Shown here: piece after piece, positions 17,826 through 27,921 of the stretch
Position numbering within the stretch: the first letter of the stretch is position 1
Layout: the number at the start of each line of letters is the position of its first letter
Assembly (NCBI GenBank): GCA_046302815.1
Contig: JBKCHO010000014.1
Span: 6,530-70,529 of the forward strand
Source of the DNA: Bacteroidota bacterium
GTDB taxonomy: Bacteria; Bacteroidota; Bacteroidia; AKYH767-A; OLB10
Reading direction: 5' to 3'
DNA length: 64,000 bases
Program-made: the position numbers and the translations under genes
Notes under the pieces: model-generated
The model's database searches: none
Told to the model about the DNA's origin: nothing
Seen by the model: the letters and a program-made list of their open reading frames with translations, nothing else

Positions 17826-20501
17826 ATGAAAACGACGCTTACTGGGCTTTTCGCCTGTATAATTATGATGTGTTTCGCCCCGTCTTCAAGCAAAGGCCAA
17901 ACACTACCCTCAAACTATACCTTCACCCAATTCTCCCAAAGCTATTCGCCAATTACCGGAGGAACATTGCATGGAACTCCTACCAACGACGACCAAATTT
18001 TCTCGGCCATTCCTTTAGGATTTTTCATCGCATACAATGGTGCATCTTACAACTCCATTGGGATTAGTCCAAACGGTTATATTTGGTTTGGAACAAATCC
18101 TACAGGAAACACCTATACTCCAATTTCAACCACTGCCGCCTCATCCGGAATTATTTCAGCACTGGGCCGCAACCTCGAAAGCCGTTCTGCAGCCGGCGGA
18201 GGTGAATTACGGTCCCAGCTACAAGGAACGGCTCCCAACAGGATTTTCACCATCCAATGGAAAAACTACCAACGATTCAGCTCCGGCACTTCCGACAACG
18301 GCGATATTTTCAATTTCCAAATAAGATTATTTGAGTACAACCAATCCATTGAAATCGTTTATGGCAATATGACGGCATCTGCTAATGGAACTGCTCAAGT
18401 GGGGTTACGGGGTAATATCAATACCAATTTCATGAACCGCATAGTCAATTCCACCAACTTATGGAACGCTTCCATTGCCGGTGGGGTAAATACGGCTTCC
18501 GTTTCCTATACAACCAGTCGTTTGCCCATTGCAGGACAAACTTACAAATGGACTCCAACCAGTTTGCTTAACACCAGCATTAACGGTGGCGCAGTAGATA
18601 CTACATCCAGCTACAACGGCGATCAGGTGTCTACCTCTACCACATCCACAGCAACGGTTTCATCCGAAGGAGGCATCAACAGTTTGGGCATACAGCGTTT
18701 TGTGAATGGTGCCTCGCAGCCTTGGGCTGCCATGACGAAATTATCTGGAGACGACACCTCTGGCACTTGGCAGATTCAAGTGCCAACCATTACACAAAGC
18801 GCCGATGTGGTTTACATTTACCGCATCATCAATCCAAGCCGCTTTTTCCTATTTACCGATCCAATTGCATTTGAAGTGAATTATCTGCGAAACAAGGCAA
18901 CCGATGATGTCCAAATTGCCGACAATGCGCAGGGAAACGGCATCAACCTTTCTGCGCAAGCGAGTGTAACCAATGTAAAAATCACTGAACTGATTTTGGA
19001 TGCTCAAGCTGGAGGATGTCAAATCAACCAGCCCTTTACAACAAATCCAAACGCACAATACTTTGAGTTAACCAACTTGGCTTCAGCCAACGCTTCATTG
19101 GGTGGATTTGTTTTCAAAACATTTGATGAAACTGGTCAAGTGCACGAATTGACTTTCCCAGAACCCTTTGAGTTATTATCGGGTGATCGCATCGTAATTG
19201 CTACCGGAGGATCTAACGGACAACAAGCAAGCGGCAACTCTCAAATGCATTATTTTGAACTTGGAGGAGACCCATTAACTTCCAGTATCGGCATTGCACT
19301 TTACAATCCACACGGAGAAATAATGGATGCCGTATCATTAAATGGTTTCCGTTTTCCCGCATCATCAGGGGTCAGGATTGTACACTGGTATGGTCAATTG
19401 AACACAAGCGCTTGTGGACTAAGCAGGCTTACCATGACAGACCATAACAACCAAACGGATTGGGGGTCTGAAATAAGCTCCATGGGAAATATGAATCCAG
19501 GTCTTTCCAGTACAGCTACACCCCTGGTTTATCAATGGCATTCACCCGACATCAACGGCTGGACTGCCACTGGACGCGAAGTACAACTTCCTGTTCTGTC
19601 AACGGGTAGTTACAAAGTTTACTCCACCGTTCAGGATAATGGGTATGCTGCTGCCGATTCCCTTGTTGTAACCATCTATGGTGCTGCATCTCCTGATGTA
19701 GACTTTTCAGCTACCCTTACCCAACCTTATCCGATGGAAGTTGTAACATTGCTTTCATCTACCACCAATTTCCCAGATAGCCTTCGATGGACCATTACTC
19801 CGGGAAGCCACTCCTATGCAAATGGAACCAGTGCACAGCATCCAAACGCAGTTGTTAACTTCCAAACGCCCGGCTTTTATACCATTTCGCTTCAAGCATA
19901 CAACTCTTCGGGAGTAGGATCTAAAGTTAAAACTGATTTTATTGAAGTGCTTCCATTTGTTGGTAACTGTGTGAAACCAACTGGCGTTACCATTTCAAAC
20001 ATTACAACCAATTCTGCATTGGTTACCTGGAATCGAGGATATTTTGCCGACAGCATGCAGGTTCGTTATCAAAACCTGCAGGGCCAAGCATTATCACTAA
20101 ACGCCTTCTCATCCACAAATCAATTACTTATAAACAACTTGAGTTCCGGTACAAGTTATGGCGTTCGCATTAAACCTTGGTGCAACGGGGCTCCATCCGA
20201 TGATTTTACGGCACGGGTTAGTTTTGTAACCAATGGAGCCAGGCTTTCGATGGATGATCCGATGCCTGCAATTGCATTTCACCCAAACCCGGCAGCTCCT
20301 GGTGAGACCCTGCATTTTACGAGCACCGAGTCAAGTGAGCAGGAAGTTGCCCTTATGGATTTGGCTGGCAGGATTTGCTACCGAGCACTACTGCATGAAA
20401 GCGGACAATTGAATTTACCGAGCAACCTGAAGCCTGGTGTTTACATGTTATCCGTTAAATCCGAAGGCTACAATTCTATTCATAGATTCGTTATTCGTTA
20501 A
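17826..20501 (+). CDS. T9SS cargo protein with lamin-tail-like, PKD and FN3 domains
   Basis: Signal peptide; YFELTN..SLGGF (LTD-like); PDVDFSA..YTISLQAYN (PKD); PTGVTISNITTNSALVTW (FN3); CTD HPNPA..DLAGR..PGVYML. Confidence 0.78.
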   Translation: MKTTLTGLFACIIMMCFAPSSSKGQTLPSNYTFTQFSQSYSPITGGTLHGTPTNDDQIFSAIPLGFFIAYNGASYNSIGISPNGYIWFGTNPTGNTYTPISTTAASSGIISALGRNLESRSAAGGGELRSQLQGTAPNRIFTIQWKNYQRFSSGTSDNGDIFNFQIRLFEYNQSIEIVYGNMTASANGTAQVGLRGNINTNFMNRIVNSTNLWNASIAGGVNTASVSYTTSRLPIAGQTYKWTPTSLLNTSINGGAVDTTSSYNGDQVSTSTTSTATVSSEGGINSLGIQRFVNGASQPWAAMTKLSGDDTSGTWQIQVPTITQSADVVYIYRIINPSRFFLFTDPIAFEVNYLRNKATDDVQIADNAQGNGINLSAQASVTNVKITELILDAQAGGCQINQPFTTNPNAQYFELTNLASANASLGGFVFKTFDETGQVHELTFPEPFELLSGDRIVIATGGSNGQQASGNSQMHYFELGGDPLTSSIGIALYNPHGEIMDAVSLNGFRFPASSGVRIVHWYGQLNTSACGLSRLTMTDHNNQTDWGSEISSMGNMNPGLSSTATPLVYQWHSPDINGWTATGREVQLPVLSTGSYKVYSTVQDNGYAAADSLVVTIYGAASPDVDFSATLTQPYPMEVVTLLSSTTNFPDSLRWTITPGSHSYANGTSAQHPNAVVNFQTPGFYTISLQAYNSSGVGSKVKTDFIEVLPFVGNCVKPTGVTISNITTNSALVTWNRGYFADSMQVRYQNLQGQALSLNAFSSTNQLLINNLSSGTSYGVRIKPWCNGAPSDDFTARVSFVTNGARLSMDDPMPAIAFHPNPAAPGETLHFTSTESSEQEVALMDLAGRICYRALLHESGQLNLPSNLKPGVYMLSVKSEGYNSIHRFVIR

Positions 20502-20625
20502 TTTTATTCTAAGTACACACCGCCTTTAACGAATCATCTAGGTTTATTATCTAATCAAATAGTGCCATAAACCAAATTGGGGACTGAAACACCCTGGTTT
20601 AGTACTATTAGGTTATCTTCGCAGC

Positions 20626-21372
20626 ATGTTTGGAGGAATTTTCGAAGATCCGCTTTTTGCGCTGGCTGTCATCGGCAACCTGGTACTAATTGAAACCTTA
20701 TTATCCATAGACAATGCCGCTGTTTTGGCAACAATGGTCATGGATTTGCCTGAAAAGGAGAGGCGTCGCGCCCTTCGTTATGGAATCATAGGTGCGTATG
20801 TGTTTCGCGGACTCGCACTGATTACAGCCTCGTGGCTCATATCCATTTGGTGGCTTAAGCCCCTAGGTGGATTGTATCTATTAATACTTGGACTGAAATA
20901 TTTTTACACCAAGTATACCCCGCAAAAAGAGGATGATGTGCTCAATAAAGCCGAAAGACCACTCTATAAATGGCTAACAAGCATTATCAGCCCGTTTTGG
21001 TCTACTGTCATTTTGGTTGAGTTGATGGATCTGGCCTTTTCAATAGACAATGTATTCGCCGCTGTAGCTTTCACTGATAACATTTGGCTGATTTGTATCG
21101 GGGTGTTTATTGGAATCCTATCCATGCGGTATGTGGCACAGGGCTTTGTTAAACTAATTGAAAAGTATCCCTACTTACAAACATCCGCGTTCATCGTGGT
21201 AACTGTCTTGGGACTCAAACTCTCCCTTTCCGTTGTGGAACATATTTGGCCCGAATCAGGAATGGCCAAGGTACTTTCCGACCACAATGCCGACATGATG
21301 TTCAGCGTTTTGACATTGGTGCTTTTTTTCAGTCCGATTGTAATCGCCAAGTTGGAAAAAAGCCCGAAATAA
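20626..21372 (+). CDS. TerC/Alx family membrane protein
   Basis: IETLLSIDNAAVL and ELMDLAFSIDNVFAA, with multiple TM helices. Confidence 0.88.
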   Translation: MFGGIFEDPLFALAVIGNLVLIETLLSIDNAAVLATMVMDLPEKERRRALRYGIIGAYVFRGLALITASWLISIWWLKPLGGLYLLILGLKYFYTKYTPQKEDDVLNKAERPLYKWLTSIISPFWSTVILVELMDLAFSIDNVFAAVAFTDNIWLICIGVFIGILSMRYVAQGFVKLIEKYPYLQTSAFIVVTVLGLKLSLSVVEHIWPESGMAKVLSDHNADMMFSVLTLVLFFSPIVIAKLEKSPK

Positions 21373-21416
21373 GACCGCGTTGAATATTACGCACCGCTTC
21401 TGTTGCAGCCAATCTG

Positions 21417-22109
21417 TCACAATTCTTCAAAACCCACATCAAGCAGTGGGTAACGGTGCCATCCTCTGAAATCGAAATGCCACCACTCTGTTGGGAAAAT
21501 CCTGAAACCAAAGCGAGTCATCAAGGATTGCAGGAGCTTTCTGTTTGCTATAGCCTCGTCTGTTGCTCGTCGGCTGAATGCATGCGCCTTTCTGGTGAAA
21601 TCATCATAAGGCGTGGGCATTTCTAATAAAGTCTTGTCGCAATAGCGAACCAGTCCCACATCAACAGCACATCCCCTGTTGTGTCTGGAACCCTGCCGGG
21701 GATCGGCCACATACCTCCTATCGGTTGCGGCGTTCCAAAACTCAACGGTGACTGAATAAGGCCTGTATCCGTCATAGAAAACCAAGCCCAATCCTAACTT
21801 GCGTAATGAGTCCTCCACCATCCTGATTGCTTCGGCAGCTGGTTTTACAAGGTAAGCAGCCTTCCTATTGTACATGGGTTTGCCCATGAAGTTACAGGCT
21901 GAAGCATATCTGATATCCAAAAAAATGCCCGGCACAACACTGTCAACACGAACCAGCTTTAAATCCTCTTTCAGGCCAGCATAATGCGAAGCGTCACAGA
22001 CCCTGGCTCCATATCGACTTCTTTTCTGCGCTTGAGATGTTGAGGATATATTCAATGCGATAAACAGCGAAATCAGGAAACCACAATTAAAGTTCAAATG
22101 GGCTCTCAT
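21417..22109 (-). CDS. ddpX: D-Ala-D-Ala dipeptidase (M15D, VanX/DdpX family)
   Basis: LDIRYA..NF, YDGYRP, SRHNRGCAVD and EWWHFD. Confidence 0.88.
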   Translation of the reverse strand: MRAHLNFNCGFLISLFIALNISSTSQAQKRSRYGARVCDASHYAGLKEDLKLVRVDSVVPGIFLDIRYASACNFMGKPMYNRKAAYLVKPAAEAIRMVEDSLRKLGLGLVFYDGYRPYSVTVEFWNAATDRRYVADPRQGSRHNRGCAVDVGLVRYCDKTLLEMPTPYDDFTRKAHAFSRRATDEAIANRKLLQSLMTRFGFRIFPTEWWHFDFRGWHRYPLLDVGFEEL

Positions 22110-22250
22110 GGCTTATAATCCATTGGATTTGATGGCAAAATAACCTAAAAGGAAGCCTAGGTTCGACTCCCTATCAGGAAGGGTTTTCGACAAAGCCATG
22201 TTTATCTCTCTCTGTGGTTTTTGTTAACTTCGCCATTCCTTTTTCACCAC

Positions 22251-25200
22251 ATGAAATACACTGAATACAAGAAGCTTGACCTTCCGGGAATAGGAAAAGA
22301 CATTTTGCAAAAATGGCAGGATGACTGCGTTTTCGAGAAGAGCATTTCCTCCCGTGAAGGAAAGCAGCCTTTCAATTTTTATGAGGGCCCTCCCTCGGCC
22401 AACGGACTTCCCGGCATTCACCATGTAATGGCTCGATCCATCAAAGACATCTTTTGCCGTTATAAAACACTTAAAGGTTATCAGGTAAAGCGCAAAGGCG
22501 GATGGGATACCCACGGGCTTCCCATCGAACTCAGTGTAGAAAAAACATTAGGAATTACCAAGGAGGATATAGGCAAAAAGATTTCGATTGAAGATTACAA
22601 CAAAGCCTGCCGCAAGGAGGTGATGAAATACAAGGAGGTCTGGGATGACTTGACCAGGAAAATGGGATATTGGGTGGATTTGGACAGCCCCTATATCACC
22701 TTCGAAAACGATTACATAGAATCGGTTTGGAATCTCCTCAAAAAGCTGTTTGAAAAAGACCTTTTGTACAAAGGGTATACCATCCAGCCATTCTCTCCAG
22801 CTGCCGGCACCGGATTGAGTTCCCACGAGCTCAATCAGCCTGGCGCTTATAGAATGGTCAAGGATACTTCGATTGTCGCCCAGTTCAAAGTAAAGCGTGA
22901 TACGAAATCTGAGTTCCTATTTGAAAAAGCAGGTGGCGATGTTTATTTCTTGGCATGGACAACCACCCCATGGACTCTGCCTGGCAACTGCGCTTTGGCT
23001 GTTGGGGAAAAAATCGATTATGAACTCATTCGCACCTTCAACCCCTATACAGCCGAAGCCATAAGTGTGGTGTTGGCATCCGACCTCGTTGCAAAGTATT
23101 TCCAAGAGAAGGGAAAAGATCTGCTTGAGGATGGTTTCAAATCGGGCGACAAGGTTCTTCCTTGGAAAAGCCTTGGAAAATTCAAGGGAGCCAAATTACT
23201 AGACATCGCATACGACCAACTATTGCCCTATGTAAAGCCTCAAGGAAAGGCATTTGTGGTTATTCCAGGAGATTTTGTTACTACAGATGATGGAACGGGC
23301 ATTGTGCATACCGCCTCTGTTTTCGGTGCCGATGACTTTAGGGTTTGTAAGGAGAATGGAATCAGTTCCATTTTGGTGCAGGATGCTTCCGGACAATTAT
23401 CCCCGGTTGTAGATAAGCAAGGTCGTTTCGTTAAAGAGATTACCGATTTCTCTGGAGAGTATGTCAAAGAAGGATATCTCTCTGAAAAAGAAAAAGAGGA
23501 TGAGCGAATCAAACAAGGACGCGACAAATACTTAAGCGTAGATGAACGAATCGCCATCAAACTGAAATCGGAAAACAAGGCGTTCAAGGTTGAAAAATAC
23601 GAACACTCGTATCCGCATTGTTGGAGAACCGATAAGCCTGTGCTCTATTATCCGCTCGATTCTTGGTTCATCAAAACAACAGCTTGTAAGGATCGATTGA
23701 TTGAACTAAATAAAACCATCAACTGGAAACCAGAATCAACTGGTACAGGTAGATTCGGAAACTGGCTCGAAAACCTGGTGGATTGGAATCTGAGCCGATC
23801 CCGCTTTTGGGGCATACCCCTTCCTGTTTGGACGAGTGAGGACAAAAGCGAGCAAATATGTATCGGATCCGTTGAAGAATTGAGGAACGAGCTTAATAAA
23901 GCAAAAGCAGCCGGCATACAAAACAACTTCGAAATAGCGTCTGGAGATTTCGATTTGCACAGGCCTTATGTTGATGAAATCGTTCTGGTTTCAAGCTCAG
24001 GCAAGAAGCTGTTCCGCGAAAGCGATCTCATTGATGTTTGGTTCGATTCGGGAGCAATGCCTTACGCACAGTGGCACTTCCCTTTCGAAAATCAAGAAGC
24101 CTTTAAAAACGCATTCCCTGCTGATTTCATTGCGGAGGGCGTTGACCAAACTCGGGGATGGTTCTTCACACTACACGCGATCGCCGTGATGTTGTTCGAT
24201 AGTGTGGCATTCAAGAATGTTGTATCCAACGGCCTTGTCTTGGATAAGAACGGCAATAAGATGTCGAAGCGACTTGGTAATGCTGTGGACCCTTTTGAAA
24301 CACTTGCCAAATATGGCCCCGACAGCACACGATGGTACATGATTTCCAATGCGCAACCATGGGACAACCTTAGATTCAACGAAGAAGGCATTGTTGATGT
24401 GCAACGGAAGTTTTTCGGCACCCTACATAACACCTACTCTTTTTTCGCACTATACGCGAACATTGATGGCTTCACTCACAAGGAGCCATTGATACCTGTT
24501 GAGAACAGACCTGAAATCGACCAGTGGATCATATCGGAATTACACTCCCTGATCAAGGAAGTGGATGCTAGCTATGCGGACTATGAGCCAACCAAGGCTG
24601 CACGCGCTATTCAACACTTCACAGATGAACACTTAAGCAACTGGTATGTGCGATTGTGCAGACGCCGGTTCTGGAAAGGCGAATACACTTCCGACAAAAT
24701 CGCAGCATATCAAACGCTATATCATTGTTTGGAATCCTTGAGTTTGTTAATGTCTCCCATTGCGCCATTCTTTGCCGATCGTTTGTTTCTTGATCTAAAT
24801 GGCATCACGCAGAGACTTGATTCCTCATCGGTACACCTGGCCGACTTCCCTTTGTGCAACGAAAATTGGATTGATAAATCTCTTGAAGAGCGCATGGAGC
24901 TTGCACAGCAACTTTCATCCATGACCCTGGCCCTCCGCAAAAAAGTTAACATACGAGTTCGACAACCGCTCGCAAAAATACTTATCCCTGTTGATGAACC
25001 AGGACTCCAATCTAAGATCGAGGCAGTACAAGGATTGATTGCAGCCGAGGTAAATGTCAAAGAGCTTTCATTCATATCCGGCGAGGACAATATCCTAGTG
25101 AAAAAAGCCAAACCCAATTTTAAAGTATTGGGTAAAAAGGCAGGAGCTTTGATGAAAGAAATCGCCGATAAGGTCTCGCAATTGAGCCAAGAACAAATTA

Positions 25201-25628
25201 GATCGTTTGAAACCACGGGAAGCTTAGCTGTTGATTTAGAAAGCGGACCCTTTACACTTGTACCAGAGGATGTGGAAGTCAGCTCCCAAGATGTTCCAGG
25301 CTGGGAAGTAAACTCAAATGGTCGACTCACTGTTGCACTTGATACAACCATTACTCCAGCCTTGAAAAACGAAGGCATTGCTCGGGAGCTGGTAAATAGG
25401 GTCCAAAACATCCGCAAGGACAAAGGGTTCGAGGTAACTGATCGTATATCCCTGGTTATCAGCCACCATCCGGAAGTAAAGGCCGCAGTTGAGCAGAATA
25501 TGGAGTATATTTGCAGTGAGATACTAGCTTCATCGTTAACCATGGTGGAACTTCTCGCGGAAAACGAGTCTGAAGAATTAGAGTTGGATGACCAAATCCG
25601 TGTGAGATCCACTATCAAAAAATCATAG
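22251..25628 (+). CDS. ileS: Isoleucine-tRNA ligase (IleRS2 type); probable start MKYTEY
   Basis: YEGPPSANGLPGIHH, GWDTHGLP, AWTTTPWTLP, DWNLSRSRFWG, EGVDQTRGWF and KMSKR. Confidence 0.97.
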   Translation: MKYTEYKKLDLPGIGKDILQKWQDDCVFEKSISSREGKQPFNFYEGPPSANGLPGIHHVMARSIKDIFCRYKTLKGYQVKRKGGWDTHGLPIELSVEKTLGITKEDIGKKISIEDYNKACRKEVMKYKEVWDDLTRKMGYWVDLDSPYITFENDYIESVWNLLKKLFEKDLLYKGYTIQPFSPAAGTGLSSHELNQPGAYRMVKDTSIVAQFKVKRDTKSEFLFEKAGGDVYFLAWTTTPWTLPGNCALAVGEKIDYELIRTFNPYTAEAISVVLASDLVAKYFQEKGKDLLEDGFKSGDKVLPWKSLGKFKGAKLLDIAYDQLLPYVKPQGKAFVVIPGDFVTTDDGTGIVHTASVFGADDFRVCKENGISSILVQDASGQLSPVVDKQGRFVKEITDFSGEYVKEGYLSEKEKEDERIKQGRDKYLSVDERIAIKLKSENKAFKVEKYEHSYPHCWRTDKPVLYYPLDSWFIKTTACKDRLIELNKTINWKPESTGTGRFGNWLENLVDWNLSRSRFWGIPLPVWTSEDKSEQICIGSVEELRNELNKAKAAGIQNNFEIASGDFDLHRPYVDEIVLVSSSGKKLFRESDLIDVWFDSGAMPYAQWHFPFENQEAFKNAFPADFIAEGVDQTRGWFFTLHAIAVMLFDSVAFKNVVSNGLVLDKNGNKMSKRLGNAVDPFETLAKYGPDSTRWYMISNAQPWDNLRFNEEGIVDVQRKFFGTLHNTYSFFALYANIDGFTHKEPLIPVENRPEIDQWIISELHSLIKEVDASYADYEPTKAARAIQHFTDEHLSNWYVRLCRRRFWKGEYTSDKIAAYQTLYHCLESLSLLMSPIAPFFADRLFLDLNGITQRLDSSSVHLADFPLCNENWIDKSLEERMELAQQLSSMTLALRKKVNIRVRQPLAKILIPVDEPGLQSKIEAVQGLIAAEVNVKELSFISGEDNILVKKAKPNFKVLGKKAGALMKEIADKVSQLSQEQIRSFETTGSLAVDLESGPFTLVPEDVEVSSQDVPGWEVNSNGRLTVALDTTITPALKNEGIARELVNRVQNIRKDKGFEVTDRISLVISHHPEVKAAVEQNMEYICSEILASSLTMVELLAENESEELELDDQIRVRSTIKKS

Positions 25629-25630
25629 CC

Positions 25631-26017
25631 ATGGCCGGAGAAAAGACACGCTACAGCGATTCGGAACTACAAGAGTTCAAAGAGCTGATTTTGCAAAAAC
25701 TCGAAAACGCTCGTCACGAATTGACAAACCTTCAAGCACAATTGAACAGCTCCAACGAACATGGTACCGACGATACCGCTAGCACCTTCAAAGTACTTGA
25801 AGATGGATCCGATACCCTGGCCAAGGAAGAGGCGGGACAGTTGGCAGCCAGGCAGCGCAAATTCATCGAGCAGCTCGAAAACGCACTTATCCGTATTGAA
25901 AACAAAACCTACGGCGTTTGCCGTGTATCCGGCAAGTTGATTCCAAAGGAGCGTTTACGCGCAGTGCCTCATACCACTCAGAGCATCGAGGCCAAATTGA
26001 ATCAATACAAGGACTGA
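25631..26017 (+). CDS. TraR/DksA family transcription factor
   Basis: Coiled coil followed by ALIRIENKTYGVCRVSGKLIPKERLRAVP, in the conserved ileS-dksA-lspA order. Confidence 0.88.
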   Translation: MAGEKTRYSDSELQEFKELILQKLENARHELTNLQAQLNSSNEHGTDDTASTFKVLEDGSDTLAKEEAGQLAARQRKFIEQLENALIRIENKTYGVCRVSGKLIPKERLRAVPHTTQSIEAKLNQYKD

Positions 26018-26040
26018 CCCTATTTTCCAACTGATGGAGC

Positions 26041-26706
26041 ATGAGTACCATCAGCAAAAGCAACTTTCCCATGCATCCAGGCATGCGCCGTCCATTGCTG
26101 CTTATCTTGCTTGTTTTGGTGGTAGACCAAACGCTAAAGTTTTGGATCAAAACCAATATGTATTTAGGCCAAGAATACCATGTTGCAGGCAACTGGTTCA
26201 TCATACATTTTACCGAAAACAATGGCATGGCTTTCGGGCTGGAATTCGCCGGTGAATATGGCAAGCTTTTTCTAAGTCTCTTTCGAATTGTGGCCGTCTG
26301 CGGAATTGGTTGGTATCTCTTTAAACTCGTAAAAGAGTCGGTGCATCCTCTGCTTATTACATCCATGTCATTGATCCTCGCGGGAGCTATTGGTAACATT
26401 ATAGACAGTGCTTTTTATGGCATGTTGTTTTCATCCAGCGATTTTCGATTGGCCGAATTTCTTCCTGCCGATGGTGGATACTCCAGTTTTCTTCACGGCA
26501 AAGTGGTTGACATGTTCTATTTCCCCATTTTTTCAGGATTTTTTCCAGATTGGGTTCCGTTTTGGGGAGGTGACTACTTCATCTTTTTCCGTCCCGTATT
26601 CAACATTGCAGACGCTTCGATCAGCATTGGCGTCGGTTTGATATTGGTTTTCCAAGCGGTGATTTTCAAGAAACCGATCACCGAGTCAGAAACCAAGAGT
26701 GAATAA
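26041..26706 (+). CDS. lspA: Lipoprotein signal peptidase II
   Basis: VDQTLK, ENNGMAFG, GAIGNIID, GKVVDM and PVFNIADASI. Confidence 0.93.
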   Translation: MSTISKSNFPMHPGMRRPLLLILLVLVVDQTLKFWIKTNMYLGQEYHVAGNWFIIHFTENNGMAFGLEFAGEYGKLFLSLFRIVAVCGIGWYLFKLVKESVHPLLITSMSLILAGAIGNIIDSAFYGMLFSSSDFRLAEFLPADGGYSSFLHGKVVDMFYFPIFSGFFPDWVPFWGGDYFIFFRPVFNIADASISIGVGLILVFQAVIFKKPITESETKSE

Positions 26707-26778
26707 AAGCGCTTTCCTATTTACTTAGAGGAGCTTTATTCGTATTTTTACGACAAGTCGCCTGTAAAACCTAACCAT

Positions 26779-27921
26779 ATGAAATGCTCCTTGAAAATTT
26801 ACCGTGAAACCGATTCAGAAAATATTGCCGGTCCTGCTCCCGCAAATGATACACAAGCTCAATTGGTGATTTGCATGGGATCCCGATCTGCTTTAGAGAA
26901 CCATTCCAAATTGGATGAGATTAGGAAGACCTATCCAAAGGCCAAAGTGGCCTATTGCTCAACCAGTGGCGAAATATTCAATCATGAGGTTGTAGATGAT
27001 TCTATTGTAGCCACCATTTTGGAGTTTGAATCCACTACAATTCAAACCGCCATGGTAAACATCTCCTCGTTTTCATCAAGCAAAGAAGCTGCACTTTCTT
27101 TGACCAAAACCCTGCCATCAGAAGGGTTGAGATATATATTGGTGCTATCTGATGGCGGCAAGGTTAATGGTAGCGAATTGGTCAAGGGATTCAACGAGGG
27201 AACCTCAAACGATGTACTTGTTACAGGAGGATTGGCCGGCGATGGAACCGCCTTTCAATCTACTTTGGTCGGATTGGACGATTATCCTGCAGAGGGAACC
27301 ATTTTGGCAATTGGCTTTTACGGGAATAAGTTGGTGGTTTCGCATGGGTCCATGGGCGGCTGGGAAAGTTTTGGACCGGAGCGGACTGTAACCAAATCCA
27401 TTGGCAACAAACTTTTCGAAATAGATGATAAAAGCGCCTTGTCATTGTATAAAACCTACTTGGGTGATGAATCCAAGAACCTACCTGCTTCAGCCTTGCT
27501 CTTCCCATTGTCTATACTAACCCCGGAAAACGAAAAGCCTGTGGTTCGAACCATTTTATCAATTTCTGAAGAGGAAGGAAGCATGACCTTTGCAGGAGAT
27601 ATTCCCTCAGGCGCCAAGGCTCGTTTCATGAAGGCTAACTTCGACAAACTGACTTCCGCTGCATATGATGCCGCGTCACAAACGATGAGCAATGAAATCG
27701 CAAAGCCTGTTTGGGCGCTTCTAGTTAGCTGTGTCGGAAGGAAAATCATTTTGGGCCCAAGAACGGAGGAGGAAGTGGAAGCTGTACGCGAATTTTATGG
27801 CGACGCTACCCTTCTCTCCGGATTTTATTCCTACGGTGAGATTTCACCACTGATAGAAGATCCATCCGGCTGTGCATTTCACAATCAAACGATGACCATT
27901 ACATCATTCTATGAGTTATAA
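26779..27921 (+). CDS. FIST N/FIST C domain sensor protein (NosP-like)
   Basis: CSTSGEI, VLSDG..VNGS, GGLAGDG, FAGDIP, SCVGR, GFYSYGEI and HNQTMT. Confidence 0.92.
   Translation: MKCSLKIYRETDSENIAGPAPANDTQAQLVICMGSRSALENHSKLDEIRKTYPKAKVAYCSTSGEIFNHEVVDDSIVATILEFESTTIQTAMVNISSFSSSKEAALSLTKTLPSEGLRYILVLSDGGKVNGSELVKGFNEGTSNDVLVTGGLAGDGTAFQSTLVGLDDYPAEGTILAIGFYGNKLVVSHGSMGGWESFGPERTVTKSIGNKLFEIDDKSALSLYKTYLGDESKNLPASALLFPLSILTPENEKPVVRTILSISEEEGSMTFAGDIPSGAKARFMKANFDKLTSAAYDAASQTMSNEIAKPVWALLVSCVGRKIILGPRTEEEVEAVREFYGDATLLSGFYSYGEISPLIEDPSGCAFHNQTMTITSFYEL

Noticed and set aside
20502-20625. Possible yybP-ykoY (Mn) riboswitch upstream of the TerC gene
   Set aside because: I could not find the conserved GGGGAGUA or CAU.AC-type core, and a promoter-like TATCTTCG sits almost at the start codon.
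22110-22250. T-box leader upstream of ileS (also considered for glyS)
   Set aside because: No T-box consensus or terminator was seen, the leaders are short, and T-boxes are not expected in Bacteroidota.
24722-25618. Long antisense ORFs inside core genes (for example 298 aa opposite ileS)
   Set aside because: These are typical reverse-frame shadows of coding sequence with no domain signatures.
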